A stretch of DNA of 64,000 bases from a bacterium (GTDB taxonomy: Bacteria; Electryoneota; Electryoneia; Electryoneales; Electryoneaceae), in assembly GCA_963669175.1 (NCBI GenBank), contig OY769902.1, positions 4,640,001 through 4,704,000 of the forward strand, read 5' to 3'. The notes beneath the pieces were generated by a model. The model saw only the letters and a list, made by a program, of their open reading frames with translations. It was not told where the DNA came from and made no database searches. The translations under genes were made by a program, and so were the position numbers. Of this stretch, positions 17,762-28,073 are shown in pieces; the stretch's first letter is position 1; each line of letters opens with the position of its first letter.

Positions 17762-20194
17762 CTATTCATCCCTCACCAGATTGGCCGGGTTCAAATGTGC
17801 GATTCGCCAGACCAGTCCACCTGCCACCAGCAGCGCCACAAACAGGGCCACAAATCCGGCTGATACAAACGGCACCGGGGTTAGCGAAACACGATAGGCG
17901 AAATTCTCGATCCAGCGATTCGCGATAATCCAGGCCACTGGCAAGGCGATCACATTTGCCAGGATAACAATCAAGGAAAGCTCACGTGTCAGCAGCGTCA
18001 TCAACTGCACCGTTTCAGCGCCAAGAACCTTACGGATGCCAATCTCCTTGGTCCGTTGTTCCACCTGAAGAAGTGTTACACCAAGCACGCCCAGCAGCGC
18101 AATCAAAATTGCCAATCCTGACGCCCAGTTCAGGATGCCATTCCAGCGGCGTTCTTCCCGATACATGGTATCGATGGAATCATCCAGGAACTGGAACGAA
18201 TACGGCCAGCGTGGGGATACTTCCGGCCACAGGTTTTCGATTCGTTGCATGGTTTCCACAATCCGGTCTGGCGCAAGACGTATGAAGATAAAATTGAGAC
18301 CGAATTCATAATTTGCCGCCAGACCAATTGTCACCGAAGTAAAGATGCTGTGATCCTGCACGATCGCAAGCGGGGCGATGGATTCATGCAGCGGGGCAAA
18401 ATGGAAATCTTTCACTATCCCGATGATCTCATTCGGCCCATACCCGGGTATGGTTTGCCCGATTACAGAATCCCAGCCGAATACTTCCGCACCCAGCTTT
18501 TTCGCGAATGTTTCATTAATAATCACGCCCTCGCTTTTATCGGTTGCGATGGAATCAGTAAAACCACGTCCTTCAACGATTTCCATATCAAAAGTCGAAA
18601 GAAAATCCGGGGCGACCATGGTGGCGCCCATCGCGTACATTTCACCATTGTAACTGCCGAAAATTGTGTTCCAGGATTCGTTAAACGGCGCTGTAGCGGC
18701 TGTAATGGATACAATCCCAGGGTCCGTACCAAGTTGGTTCATTATCCTCTCATATACGGCCGCCCCCTGGGATAATGCGGGAAAGACAACAACCTGATCG
18801 CCCTTGTAGCCAAGGTTCTTGCGAGCGATATAGCGTAACTGGCTGCCCATGACAAACGTAATCGCGACCAGTGAAATGGCGATGGTGAATTGCGCGAACA
18901 CCAGTACTTTGCGGATACGGCCACGCCCCCCGACCTTCAACGCCCCAATCAGGGAGCTGATGATCGGGAATCCGGACATGACCTGCGCGGGATATCCACC
19001 TGCCGCGAAAGTTAGGATCGCCCATAAAACAATAAGGGCAAGGTTGGTAATCCAATCATAATGGATAGCTAATTCCGTATCCGCCAGACGGCTGAATGAG
19101 GGCAGGAAGAGCTCCGACAAGACAATTCCGCACAACAGCGAGACACCAACAAGCAACCCGTTCTCTACCCAGAACTGATGCTTGAGTTGGGAACGGAATG
19201 CGCCCATCACCTTGCGTACTCCAATCTCGCGTGTTCGTCGTGACGCCACCCCGATTGACATCGTGGTAACATTGATACAAGCCAGCGCAAGAATGGCAAG
19301 GGTGATGCAGGCAAGGATGATCGATGCTGTAGAATCTGTATCATGGTATATGAAATGCACACTTTCTTCAAATGGCAGCCGCATATGAATGGCGTTCAAT
19401 GGTTGCAGGAAGAAATAGAGTTGCCGCCCCTTCTGCTCCGTAATTCCCAAGTCATCCAGCAAAGCCCGCAGACTCTTCTCCGCTTGTTCTGCGCTGACAC
19501 CCTGTTCCAGCAGGACATACGTTTGCAGTACTTGCGCTCCCCAGTGCTTCCACCCCCACTTGTCAAGGTAATAGGTCTGCATAAGATGCCACGGCAACAG
19601 CACATCCCCCTGCAACCTGCTGTTGGCCGGGAATGGTTTCATCACCGCGCCAATGGTGACAGGCACATATTCTTCCGCATACTGGATCTGGAAAGTCTTC
19701 CCGATAGCCTCGCTGTTGCTGCCAAAATGCTTTTCAGCGAAGTCCCTCGATACCACCACATGATTCGGCGTGGCAAGAGTGTGCATCCCGTCACCTTCCA
19801 GCACAGGAACGGTAAAAATGGAAAACAGCGATGAGTCGGCATAGATGACATTGGTATTGAACAGATCGTTATCCAGTTTCAGTATCTGTTCGCGCTTGTC
19901 CATACGTACCATCGCTTCGAAACCGGGCACCTGCCCTTCGACAGTCTGGTAAAAGAGTTCCGGGGTATTGCTGCTGTACATGGGGTCATAGTCGCCGTAA
20001 TGTGATTCCGTATTCACACGGCAAATACGGGAGGAGTTTTCATTAAAACGATCCCAGGTCCATTCAAAACGCAGGTATTGAAATAGAAGCAGACAACAGG
20101 CAATGGCAATGGAAAGACCAATCACATTCATCAGCGTGTTCAGCTTGAACCGCCACAGCATCCGTATCGCAACCACCAGGTGATTCTTCAGCAT
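17762..20194 (-). CDS. ABC transporter permease, duplicated MacB/FtsX type
   Basis: RTREIGVRKVMGA and RTKEIGIRKVLGA motifs, two periplasmic domains. Confidence 0.92.
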   Translation of the reverse strand: MLKNHLVVAIRMLWRFKLNTLMNVIGLSIAIACCLLLFQYLRFEWTWDRFNENSSRICRVNTESHYGDYDPMYSSNTPELFYQTVEGQVPGFEAMVRMDKREQILKLDNDLFNTNVIYADSSLFSIFTVPVLEGDGMHTLATPNHVVVSRDFAEKHFGSNSEAIGKTFQIQYAEEYVPVTIGAVMKPFPANSRLQGDVLLPWHLMQTYYLDKWGWKHWGAQVLQTYVLLEQGVSAEQAEKSLRALLDDLGITEQKGRQLYFFLQPLNAIHMRLPFEESVHFIYHDTDSTASIILACITLAILALACINVTTMSIGVASRRTREIGVRKVMGAFRSQLKHQFWVENGLLVGVSLLCGIVLSELFLPSFSRLADTELAIHYDWITNLALIVLWAILTFAAGGYPAQVMSGFPIISSLIGALKVGGRGRIRKVLVFAQFTIAISLVAITFVMGSQLRYIARKNLGYKGDQVVVFPALSQGAAVYERIMNQLGTDPGIVSITAATAPFNESWNTIFGSYNGEMYAMGATMVAPDFLSTFDMEIVEGRGFTDSIATDKSEGVIINETFAKKLGAEVFGWDSVIGQTIPGYGPNEIIGIVKDFHFAPLHESIAPLAIVQDHSIFTSVTIGLAANYEFGLNFIFIRLAPDRIVETMQRIENLWPEVSPRWPYSFQFLDDSIDTMYREERRWNGILNWASGLAILIALLGVLGVTLLQVEQRTKEIGIRKVLGAETVQLMTLLTRELSLIVILANVIALPVAWIIANRWIENFAYRVSLTPVPFVSAGFVALFVALLVAGGLVWRIAHLNPANLVRDE

Positions 20195-20266
20195 ACTTCC
20201 CCCGCACTGCTATTGGACCGGTACTCTCAGGAAAACCTGGATACTGCCTGTCTGGAATGAAGTGTC

Positions 20267-20366
20267 GGGTGGCCCGAGTCGCTTGTGATGTTGCTTCTCT
20301 TCTGCTCCGATTGCAGCACCATGTTAAACTAAGCGTTCAAACTGAACCACTGAGCGCCTCGGGATT
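20267..20366 (-). repeat. Family B arm, diverged
   Basis: gggtggcccgagtcgct...agcgcctcgggatt. Confidence 0.7.
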
Positions 20367-20383
20367 CCGATTTGCTGATCCGC

Positions 20384-20409
20384 GTGGCCCGGCGTGCTTG
20401 CACCCGGGC
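20384..20409 (+). repeat. Family C REP-like palindrome
   Basis: GTGGCCCGGCGTGCTTGCACCCGGGC. Confidence 0.8.
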
Positions 20410-20669
20410 AGAAATATTTTCCGATTTCACACGAATTACAGATCAGGACAGACTGTCTGGTTCCCCCGTAAGACTACCTGAACATTTTTCGGCTCCTGCA
20501 CGGGGTAAATCAATACAAAAGGTGTGACAACTTTTAGAATCGCTCGCAGCGCAACCCATACAAAGACAGAATCACTTGAGAATCTCACCTACGAATCATC
20601 CCACGCAGCAGGGTGTCGCAGAATGGGCATACTCTCATCCCAGCGAAGCAGACAGTTTCAGAATAGAAA

Positions 20670-20826
20670 ACACTCTCATCCCAGCGAAGGCTGGGATCCA
20701 GGCAAATATCGACAAAATAACAACTTGGATACTTAAACGGCTCTCAATGTACCGCGTATCTTGACAACACTTAACCTCTTGTAATATCGCACCATGACTG
20801 GATTCCTTCTTTCGAAGGAATGAGAC
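20670..20826 (+). repeat. Family A element, solo copy (157 bp)
   Basis: acactctcatCCCAGCgaagGCTGGGatccaggcaaatatcgaca...atgactggaTTCCTTCtttcGAAGGAAtgaga. Confidence 0.85.
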
Positions 20827-21208
20827 TATCAGACATTCTGATACAGTCAGGCAGGCTGGGACTTGTGCGCCGAGGCGTATCTACTCCTCTTCCACTCTAT
20901 CTAATTCTTATTCAATCTGTTACATCATCATTACTGCGACATGCGACAATTCTTTTCGTCTATAACACTTTCTTAATCACCACTGAAAGGTATACTTGTC
21001 AACTGTACGATTTTGAACACTTCTTGTTCAGGTATGAACAAAATGTCAGAATTCTTGCGATCAGACAGGGATTTTCATGTAACTGCCATCGTTGACAGCG
21101 CTGTTAGCGCAGCTTATTTTGGTGAGGGAAAGTTATGAAACAAAGATGCGCAGCTCTCTATATCGGGTGATTCAGGACTCAACTTTCAAGAACACAAAAG
21201 AGGAAGAC

Positions 21209-21796
21209 ATGAGAAAGCTGATGATCGTGTTATTGGGACTGCTGGCAGTGTTGTGTTTATCGGGTTGTTCGAACACAACAGAACAGGATGAGCCGCAGAA
21301 TGCGGATGCAACCCTGGTCGCCTCCAGTTTGGATGCGGCAGAACCGTCAGACCGGGAAATTTCAGAATTCGATCCGGATGATTATGATGTCATCTTGCGT
21401 GATGATGACGACTGGTATGTTCTGCTTAATTATGTTAGCTCAAGGCGTTGCAGGACGTATTTATATCAAGGATCTGTTTATATGATTTACCATGGCGAGG
21501 AGTATTGGCAAAATGCATGGATGCTCTACGATAATGATACCCAGAGCATGTCTATCAGCTTGATCGGCCCATATGACGAAACTGATTTGCTCTACTATAC
21601 AATGGTTTATAGTGAAGAATTAGAAGACGGATACGAGTTCAATGGATCTTACGGTTGGCGAGATGAGGGCTTTGGTAATAGCATTATGATAGATTTCGTA
21701 CAGGGTAGACTTGGTTCCTTAACTGCAGATGATGATCTTGACAACATCGAAGTCAAGGAGGCCCGCATAAAAACCACTGCCGATACAATCGATTAA
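21209..21796 (+). CDS. Hypothetical acidic lipoprotein
   Basis: Lipobox LSG|C after a hydrophobic signal. RBS GAGGA. Confidence 0.75.
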   Translation: MRKLMIVLLGLLAVLCLSGCSNTTEQDEPQNADATLVASSLDAAEPSDREISEFDPDDYDVILRDDDDWYVLLNYVSSRRCRTYLYQGSVYMIYHGEEYWQNAWMLYDNDTQSMSISLIGPYDETDLLYYTMVYSEELEDGYEFNGSYGWRDEGFGNSIMIDFVQGRLGSLTADDDLDNIEVKEARIKTTADTID

Positions 21797-21822
21797 GATC
21801 AGATACAGATAAACTGGACCAG

Positions 21823-21864
21823 AAAAACGGCGCATCACACAAGTGATGCGCCGTTCGTTTTTTT
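21823..21864. terminator. Bidirectional rho-independent terminator
   Basis: AAAAACGGCGCATCAC-acaa-GTGATGCGCCGTT followed by a T tract, between convergent genes. Confidence 0.85.
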
Positions 21865-21879
21865 ATCAATAAACTGATA

Positions 21880-23403
21880 CTACTCACCCAGATCAAACTT
21901 GATCCCCTGCGCCAGCGGCAGTTGATGGGAATAGTTGACGGTGTTGGTCTGGCGACGCATGTATGCCTTCCAAGCATCGGAACCGGATTCACGGCCACCG
22001 CCGGTTTCTTTTTCACCACCGAACGCACCACCGATTTCCGCACCGGACGTACCGATGTTCACATTGGCGATACCGCAGTCGGAACCACACGGACCCATGA
22101 AAGTATTCGCTTCGATCACGTCGTTGGTGAAGATGGCGGAACTGAGTCCCTGCGGGACTTCATTGTGCCACTCGAGAACCTCGTCGAAGGAATCGTACTC
22201 GATCAGGTACAGGATCGGGGCAAAGGTCTCGTGATGCACGATATCCCAATCATGCTCGGCCTTTACGATGGTCGGCTCGACGAAGAAACCGTCACGATCA
22301 ACACGGCCGCCGCCGATCAGGATCTCGCCGTTGTGTTCCTTGATCTTGTCAATCGCAGCCATCATATCATGAATCGCCGCTTCGTTGACTAACGGACCCA
22401 TCAGGGTGTTCGCATCGAGCGGATCACCGATGTTGACCTGCTTGTACGCATTCACCAGGCGTTCGGTGAACTGCTTCGCGATGCTCTTGTGCAGGAAGAC
22501 GCGACGTGTCGAGGTGCAACGCTGACCGGCTGTACCGACTGCGCCGAACAACACGGCCGGAATCGCCATTTCCAGGTTGGCGCTCGGGGTTACGATCACG
22601 GCATTGTTGCCACCCAACTCGAGGATGGTGTTGCCCAGACGTTCGTGAACCACACGACCGACACGCTTGCCCATCGCGGTGGAACCGGTGAAGGAAATCA
22701 ACGGAACACGTGCGTCGTTGATCATACGTTCGCCGACGACACGGCCCTTGCCAATGACCAGGCCAAAAATGCCGGACAGGTCATGCTTCGCCATGACATC
22801 GTTGGCGATCTTCTGTACCGCAATCGCGGTCAGCGGACAATCGGAAGAGGGCTTCCAGATCGTGGTGTCGCCGCAAATCGCTGCCAGCGCCGAGTTCCAC
22901 GCCCAGACCGCTACCGGGAAGTTGAAGGCAGTAATGACGCCAACATTGCCCAACGGCTGCCACTGTTCCATCATAAAATGCTGCGGACGTTCGGACTTGA
23001 TGGTGAGGCCGTAAAGCATGCGGCTCTGACCGACGGCGAAATCGCAGATGTCGATCATTTCCTGAACTTCGCCCCAGCCTTCCTGCGCAATCTTGCCCAT
23101 TTCAAGGCTGACCAGCTTGCCCAGGGCGTCTTTCTTTTCACGCAGTGCATCGCCCAGGTCACGTACGATCTGACCGCGTACCGGAGCCGGAACGTCACGC
23201 CAGGTCTTGAACGCTTCGGTTGTATGTGTCAGGACTGTTTCGTAGTCCTCTTCGTTCGCCTGCAACACGGTTGCAATCGGTTTGCCGGTGGTCGGGTTAA
23301 TCGAGACCAGCTTGTCACGATCCTCGCCACCAATCCAGCCGTCAGGGCCATAACACGCACCGTAATTTACTTCTTCAATGCCCAGTTCTTTAAGGAAATC
23401 CAT
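21880..23403 (-). CDS. Aldehyde dehydrogenase family 7 (aminoadipate-semialdehyde/piperideine-6-carboxylate dehydrogenase-like)
   Basis: TAFNFPVAV, LELGGNNA, GTAGQRCT, GAEIGGAFGGEKETGGGRESGSDAWK. Confidence 0.92.
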   Translation of the reverse strand: MDFLKELGIEEVNYGACYGPDGWIGGEDRDKLVSINPTTGKPIATVLQANEEDYETVLTHTTEAFKTWRDVPAPVRGQIVRDLGDALREKKDALGKLVSLEMGKIAQEGWGEVQEMIDICDFAVGQSRMLYGLTIKSERPQHFMMEQWQPLGNVGVITAFNFPVAVWAWNSALAAICGDTTIWKPSSDCPLTAIAVQKIANDVMAKHDLSGIFGLVIGKGRVVGERMINDARVPLISFTGSTAMGKRVGRVVHERLGNTILELGGNNAVIVTPSANLEMAIPAVLFGAVGTAGQRCTSTRRVFLHKSIAKQFTERLVNAYKQVNIGDPLDANTLMGPLVNEAAIHDMMAAIDKIKEHNGEILIGGGRVDRDGFFVEPTIVKAEHDWDIVHHETFAPILYLIEYDSFDEVLEWHNEVPQGLSSAIFTNDVIEANTFMGPCGSDCGIANVNIGTSGAEIGGAFGGEKETGGGRESGSDAWKAYMRRQTNTVNYSHQLPLAQGIKFDLGE

Positions 23404-23623
23404 GGTTCACCTCACCCGCTTCTTTTCTGTATCAAATGATCAGTTTCGTCGTTGCCCTCAAAAACCCGAGGGAGCCGTAAGATAGGTGAGGAGCGTTGCA
23501 CTGTCAACGATAAAATCGGGCCTCCCGGCCAAGGTAAATCATGACCACACATGTCAAACGAAAAACGGGACCAACCGTAAAGGCTCAGTCCCGGTTAAAC
23601 TCAACAGATCATGTCGTCGAGTT

Positions 23624-23664
23624 GTGTCAGGTCTTGCGCCGTAAAACGGCGAGTGACCTGACAC
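23624..23664. repeat. Family D palindrome (GTCAGGTC...GACCTGAC), short copy
   Basis: gtgtcaggtcttgcgccgtaaaacggcgagtgacctgacac. Confidence 0.7.
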
Positions 23665-23676
23665 TGTAATCACATT

Positions 23677-26334
23677 CTATTTCTTCAGAAACGCCCCTCG
23701 TACCGGACGATTCATATTTTCATGGTGGATCGCCTCGTCCATCTTCGCCGTATGACAGACCTTACAGTTGCCGTTGGACCCGATCGGCCAGGGCTCGCCG
23801 CCGTACTGATACGGCTGGATGTTGTCCAGGTTCTTGCCGTACGGGTTATCCTGCGCCGGATACAAGGCATGCGGGGATCCATGACAGGCCTCGCAACGAA
23901 TCTCAGCCATGCCGGTACGTCTGCGGAAGAGATCATCGAAACCGTCAACCCATTCATTGTACGCATTGGTCGCATGATCCGGCTTTTCATAATCGATATG
24001 ACAGGTCATGCAATCCGGTTCCTGTAGCCATGGTATCCGTGGATTGACCGCCTCTTTCGACTCGGCATGAGTAATCTCGAGGTTCGCCATCAGACGCCCC
24101 GCTGAAGGCTTCTCTTCCTCCTGCTTCAACAGCGCAAACGCATGTTCAGGCAACTCACCGTGACATTGCGTACACCCGATGTCCAACTGGTCATGCACAC
24201 CACGCAGGCAACGGGTAACACCGCCGGGATAGGACGGGTGGCACATGACGCAGGCGTTCATCCCTTCCAGATGCATGTAGTTTGCATGCCAGCCATGCAA
24301 TGCTGCGGATAACGACAGAACTCCATCCACTCCTTCAGCGCCGACAGCCGGGTCAGGATGGCAGCTCTGGCACAGACGCGGATTGCCGGCCATGGCGTCC
24401 TCATACAGGGTGGTTCCGTTCAAACGGTCATGCGCGGTAAGAATATTGCTCGCAGTTTCCCCGGATACCCCGGCGCCGTAATTGGTTGACCAGGGGCCGC
24501 CGTGACAGTTCAAACACCCCATTTCGGTTGAAGTCGGTGTGATAAACCCGGTTTCCGCAAGCAGTTCCCCGGTTTCCTCATCATGCGCCTGAACGGTAAA
24601 CAACGGGTAGGGATTAAAACCACCGCCGTCCGGGTAGGGCACCACTGGAATCAGGTGCGCGATAAAGTGATTCCGCCCTTCTTCCAGATCCAGTTCACCG
24701 GTCAAGCCTTTTCCGGCCAGGCCAACATTGTTCTCCAGCTCAACCCCGAAGTTCGACTTGCTGAAGTTCCAGAACTTGGAATGCTGCGAAGGATTCATAT
24801 TCTGCGCCGGGGCCGAATAGGTCAGCTTGATGCCCTCAGTCAGGATCTCAGGCGGATCACCGCGCTTGATCAACTGAGCTTCAATCGTGTTCGCCGGTGG
24901 CAGGATGACCAGGTAAGGATCACAATCGCTGATGCAGTGCATACCCAGGTCATTCCACGCCATCAGGACATACTCATTGTTATCCTTGAACTTGGGCAGT
25001 TCATCACTGGATTCAGGCGGTTTGTGCGTCGGCGGTTTGGCAACAACTTCTTTGCCGTGAAGATCACGGACGATATATGCGGCCAGGACATCACGCTCTG
25101 CATTTGTGCCTACATATGGCGGCATGAACGTCCGCACCTTGCCCTGGCCCGCCAGCGAAGCCTGCATCCCCATGTAGGTGAAATCCTTGGTCCTGACTAA
25201 CAGGTCATTCGGTCCACCCAGGGTATGACAGCTCATGCACTGCATGTAGAGCAGATCACGTCCCACAATCCCGAGTCGGTCCTTCTCTCCACCTTTAACC
25301 GGGGTAGCCCAGACCGCATCAGGAAGAATGCCGCGACGATTGTATTCGGCGACCTGATCAACCAGCATACCGTTGGAATACATGTAGTTCTGTATGATGT
25401 AGGGCTTCCGTGCGATTTCACGCATGTACTCAAAACCGCCCATCCACAAGAGGCCACAGATAGCGATTACAATTGCCAGCGCCTTGGATACCTTGGCTTG
25501 GCCTTTCAACAGGAAGAGCAATCCGGCGATAAGGATCAGTGGAGTAATCGCTGTGAAACCACCAACATAGGAAACACTTTCCGGGTTCATCTTGAATGCG
25601 GTGAAGCGCACATCCGCAGGGGTGGTCATGAGATACCAGAACCCGGTCGGAACCATCCCGATGAAGCCAACCAGCAGCCATTTCACCCCGAGACGGGACA
25701 CCTTGAAACGTGTCGCATCTTCTTTCTGCCACGCCCCGACCACAAAGGCGAATATCCCGGCAGTCATGACCGTGATGAAAGTCCGGAAGAACAACGACGC
25801 GAAATAACCGGGATTCAGGAAACCATCCCAGAAACCATGGGTGACCAGCCATTTGCCCGGCGTAAGCATGAACGACAGGATGCCGTTGATGATGAACAGG
25901 CTCAACCACGCAAACAGCGCGTAGAGAAACGCCATCACCAGGCGGTTTTTACGTGACAGCTTATCGAAGTAATAGTGGTATGCCAGCAGAGCAGCAATTT
26001 CACCTATGAAAAACACCCACTCAATCGCCCAGCCAAATACGAAGGAATGGATCAACGCGGAGGTGCCTGCCGGGGATACCAGCGCAATAGTCCACCAGAT
26101 TCCCACGCCGGACACCCCGCCGAACACCATGGTCACCAGCAGAAAAACCCAGTTGTAGCGTCGGAGGAAATCGTTCAGAATGGTGTCGTTGGTCTTGTAT
26201 GCTTTCCAGTCGGTCAGCCAGATGAACAGCCCACCGCCTACCGCAAGGTGAGAAACATACACATGTGTAATCGCTACCAGGGCAATCAGGCTGCCGCCGC
26301 CCCACTTGGTCAGTTCCCAGATCGGATAGTTCAT
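23677..26334 (-). CDS. CydA-like (bd oxidase superfamily) subunit fused to an octaheme cytochrome c region
   Basis: N-terminal membrane domain (HVYVSHLAVGGG, GVGIW, WAIEWVFF, REIARKPY) and 8 CxxCH motifs. Confidence 0.85.
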   Translation of the reverse strand: MNYPIWELTKWGGGSLIALVAITHVYVSHLAVGGGLFIWLTDWKAYKTNDTILNDFLRRYNWVFLLVTMVFGGVSGVGIWWTIALVSPAGTSALIHSFVFGWAIEWVFFIGEIAALLAYHYYFDKLSRKNRLVMAFLYALFAWLSLFIINGILSFMLTPGKWLVTHGFWDGFLNPGYFASLFFRTFITVMTAGIFAFVVGAWQKEDATRFKVSRLGVKWLLVGFIGMVPTGFWYLMTTPADVRFTAFKMNPESVSYVGGFTAITPLILIAGLLFLLKGQAKVSKALAIVIAICGLLWMGGFEYMREIARKPYIIQNYMYSNGMLVDQVAEYNRRGILPDAVWATPVKGGEKDRLGIVGRDLLYMQCMSCHTLGGPNDLLVRTKDFTYMGMQASLAGQGKVRTFMPPYVGTNAERDVLAAYIVRDLHGKEVVAKPPTHKPPESSDELPKFKDNNEYVLMAWNDLGMHCISDCDPYLVILPPANTIEAQLIKRGDPPEILTEGIKLTYSAPAQNMNPSQHSKFWNFSKSNFGVELENNVGLAGKGLTGELDLEEGRNHFIAHLIPVVPYPDGGGFNPYPLFTVQAHDEETGELLAETGFITPTSTEMGCLNCHGGPWSTNYGAGVSGETASNILTAHDRLNGTTLYEDAMAGNPRLCQSCHPDPAVGAEGVDGVLSLSAALHGWHANYMHLEGMNACVMCHPSYPGGVTRCLRGVHDQLDIGCTQCHGELPEHAFALLKQEEEKPSAGRLMANLEITHAESKEAVNPRIPWLQEPDCMTCHIDYEKPDHATNAYNEWVDGFDDLFRRRTGMAEIRCEACHGSPHALYPAQDNPYGKNLDNIQPYQYGGEPWPIGSNGNCKVCHTAKMDEAIHHENMNRPVRGAFLKK

Positions 26335-27431
26335 TGTGCCGCCCTCCTGCTGTCAGCCTGCACAACTGTGCGAATAATCCAGATCAACACCCCAATCCCC
26401 ACAACAAAAATGAGCAGGAATAACGCCAGCACCCCATATTGCGGGTTCAGGGCAAGGCTGTCCTGGGTGAAATTATCACGCAGGTACGCGAATTTCATGA
26501 CCATACGCATCAGGGCCATGACAATCACTGTCCCGACAAGATGATACAGGGTTGAGGTCACCTTGCCACGGAAGGCCATGACCAGAGCGCCGATTACCAG
26601 CAGGATTCCAAGAAAAAGGAGGGCTGTACCGAAGATATTCCGTCCCATGTACTGGAACATGATATCCTCCGGCAGGGCAATCAGCAGCCAGAATCCTGTA
26701 AGGATTTGTACGATGGTCGCATAGGCAAACACATTCAGGCCGCTTCGAATTTTAACAGGGGCCACTTCCTGCCCGCGCTTTTCCCTGATCTGCCATACCA
26801 GCGCTGAGAACAGACCGCCCGAAGCAAGCGCAGCCGGGAGGAAATGGAAATACTTCGGCCAGACAGTAGAGTCTGCAAGATTCAGAAAACTGCCGTCCCG
26901 ATGCGTGAAATAGGCGCCCCAGCGTTCCGGCTGCAACATCAGGCTCATATTATTAACGAACATGAAGCCGATATAGAGGAAGATTACCAGCGCCACTCCC
27001 AGCATGAAGGTAGCAGCGCCCTGCTTTGCATTGGCATGGATATAAATCCCGTAATAGGCGATGATCAGCAGCGGGATAATCCACATCCACCAGCTCGCCA
27101 TCAAAATGGAACTGGTATAATACAGGTGCCCGTACACCACCTGGATACATAACAGGGGAACAATCCCTGCATTGATCGCCAGTGCAAGCGTGCCCGGGAT
27201 TTTCCGTATGGATGGCCCGGCCAGTGTGGTTGGCATCGTATCGCCCGCCCCACGGATGCGTGACCAGAACAGCAACAGTCCGCCACCCACGACCACATTG
27301 ATCATGAGGATGTGCGCCACAAAGGCTAACTGTTCCAGGGCTTCGAAAATCCACCAGGGCGCCGGAATCGGATCAGGCGTCGGTATCAGAGCAGCAGGGT
27401 CCAAAACAACCTCCCTCAACATGGCTGTCAC
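26331..27431 (-). CDS. CydA-like partner membrane subunit
   Basis: AHILMINVVVGGG, GIVPLLCIQVVY, NNMSLMLQPERW, KYFHF. Its stop overlaps the start of the octaheme gene. Confidence 0.75.
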   Translation of the reverse strand: MTAMLREVVLDPAALIPTPDPIPAPWWIFEALEQLAFVAHILMINVVVGGGLLLFWSRIRGAGDTMPTTLAGPSIRKIPGTLALAINAGIVPLLCIQVVYGHLYYTSSILMASWWMWIIPLLIIAYYGIYIHANAKQGAATFMLGVALVIFLYIGFMFVNNMSLMLQPERWGAYFTHRDGSFLNLADSTVWPKYFHFLPAALASGGLFSALVWQIREKRGQEVAPVKIRSGLNVFAYATIVQILTGFWLLIALPEDIMFQYMGRNIFGTALLFLGILLVIGALVMAFRGKVTSTLYHLVGTVIVMALMRMVMKFAYLRDNFTQDSLALNPQYGVLALFLLIFVVGIGVLIWIIRTVVQADSRRAAQ

Positions 27432-27682
27432 AGCCAGTCGATGTTGTGGACTTGTAGATGGGTAAGTCTATGAATATAATCACTAATCGATTGAATATAG
27501 GCGGGAGTCGGACATTCTCCAACTTTCGCAAGGGATTCGAGCAAGTTTGGAGTGTCGAACCGCGCCCTGACCTGACCATAGTCTCAAGGGATTTACAGGA
27601 TGGACAGGATATGAAGGATGGACAGGATGACTGAAGTAATTAAGAATTAAGAATGGGGATGTTCAATTAGGAATTGCACGTT

Positions 27683-27937
27683 TCGTCAGGTCTTGACGTG
27701 ATGCTTTTTTCTTATTCTTCTACGTAATCACAAACACCTGTACGACTTCACACCTGCTATTTCGCACGATATATAGTCCAGGCATCACGTTGTGACCTGA
27801 CGATAGCGAGAGTGCTGACACCGGGGTGGCAGGTCACAACGCGACAATAACAGGACTAGAGGTGGTTTCAGTATCATCATGCATGCAAGAAAACATAGCA
27901 AAAGCCGAAAACGGAATGTCGCGTCAAGACCTGCCAC
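27683..27937. repeat. Family D, two long hairpins in inverted arrangement
   Basis: tcgtcaggtcttgacgtgatgc...gcatcacgttgtgacctgacga, then gtggcaggtcacaacgcgaca...tgtcgcgtcaagacctgccac. Confidence 0.8.
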
Positions 27938-28073
27938 AACATTGCAAATAGAAATTGACAAGAAATTAGGAATTAGAAATGAGGAATTGAAAGATACCAC
28001 CTGTCTTCGGCATGATAGGAGCTATTGCCTATAAGAATAACTTTGTAACTTTATAACTTTACAACTTTCAAAC

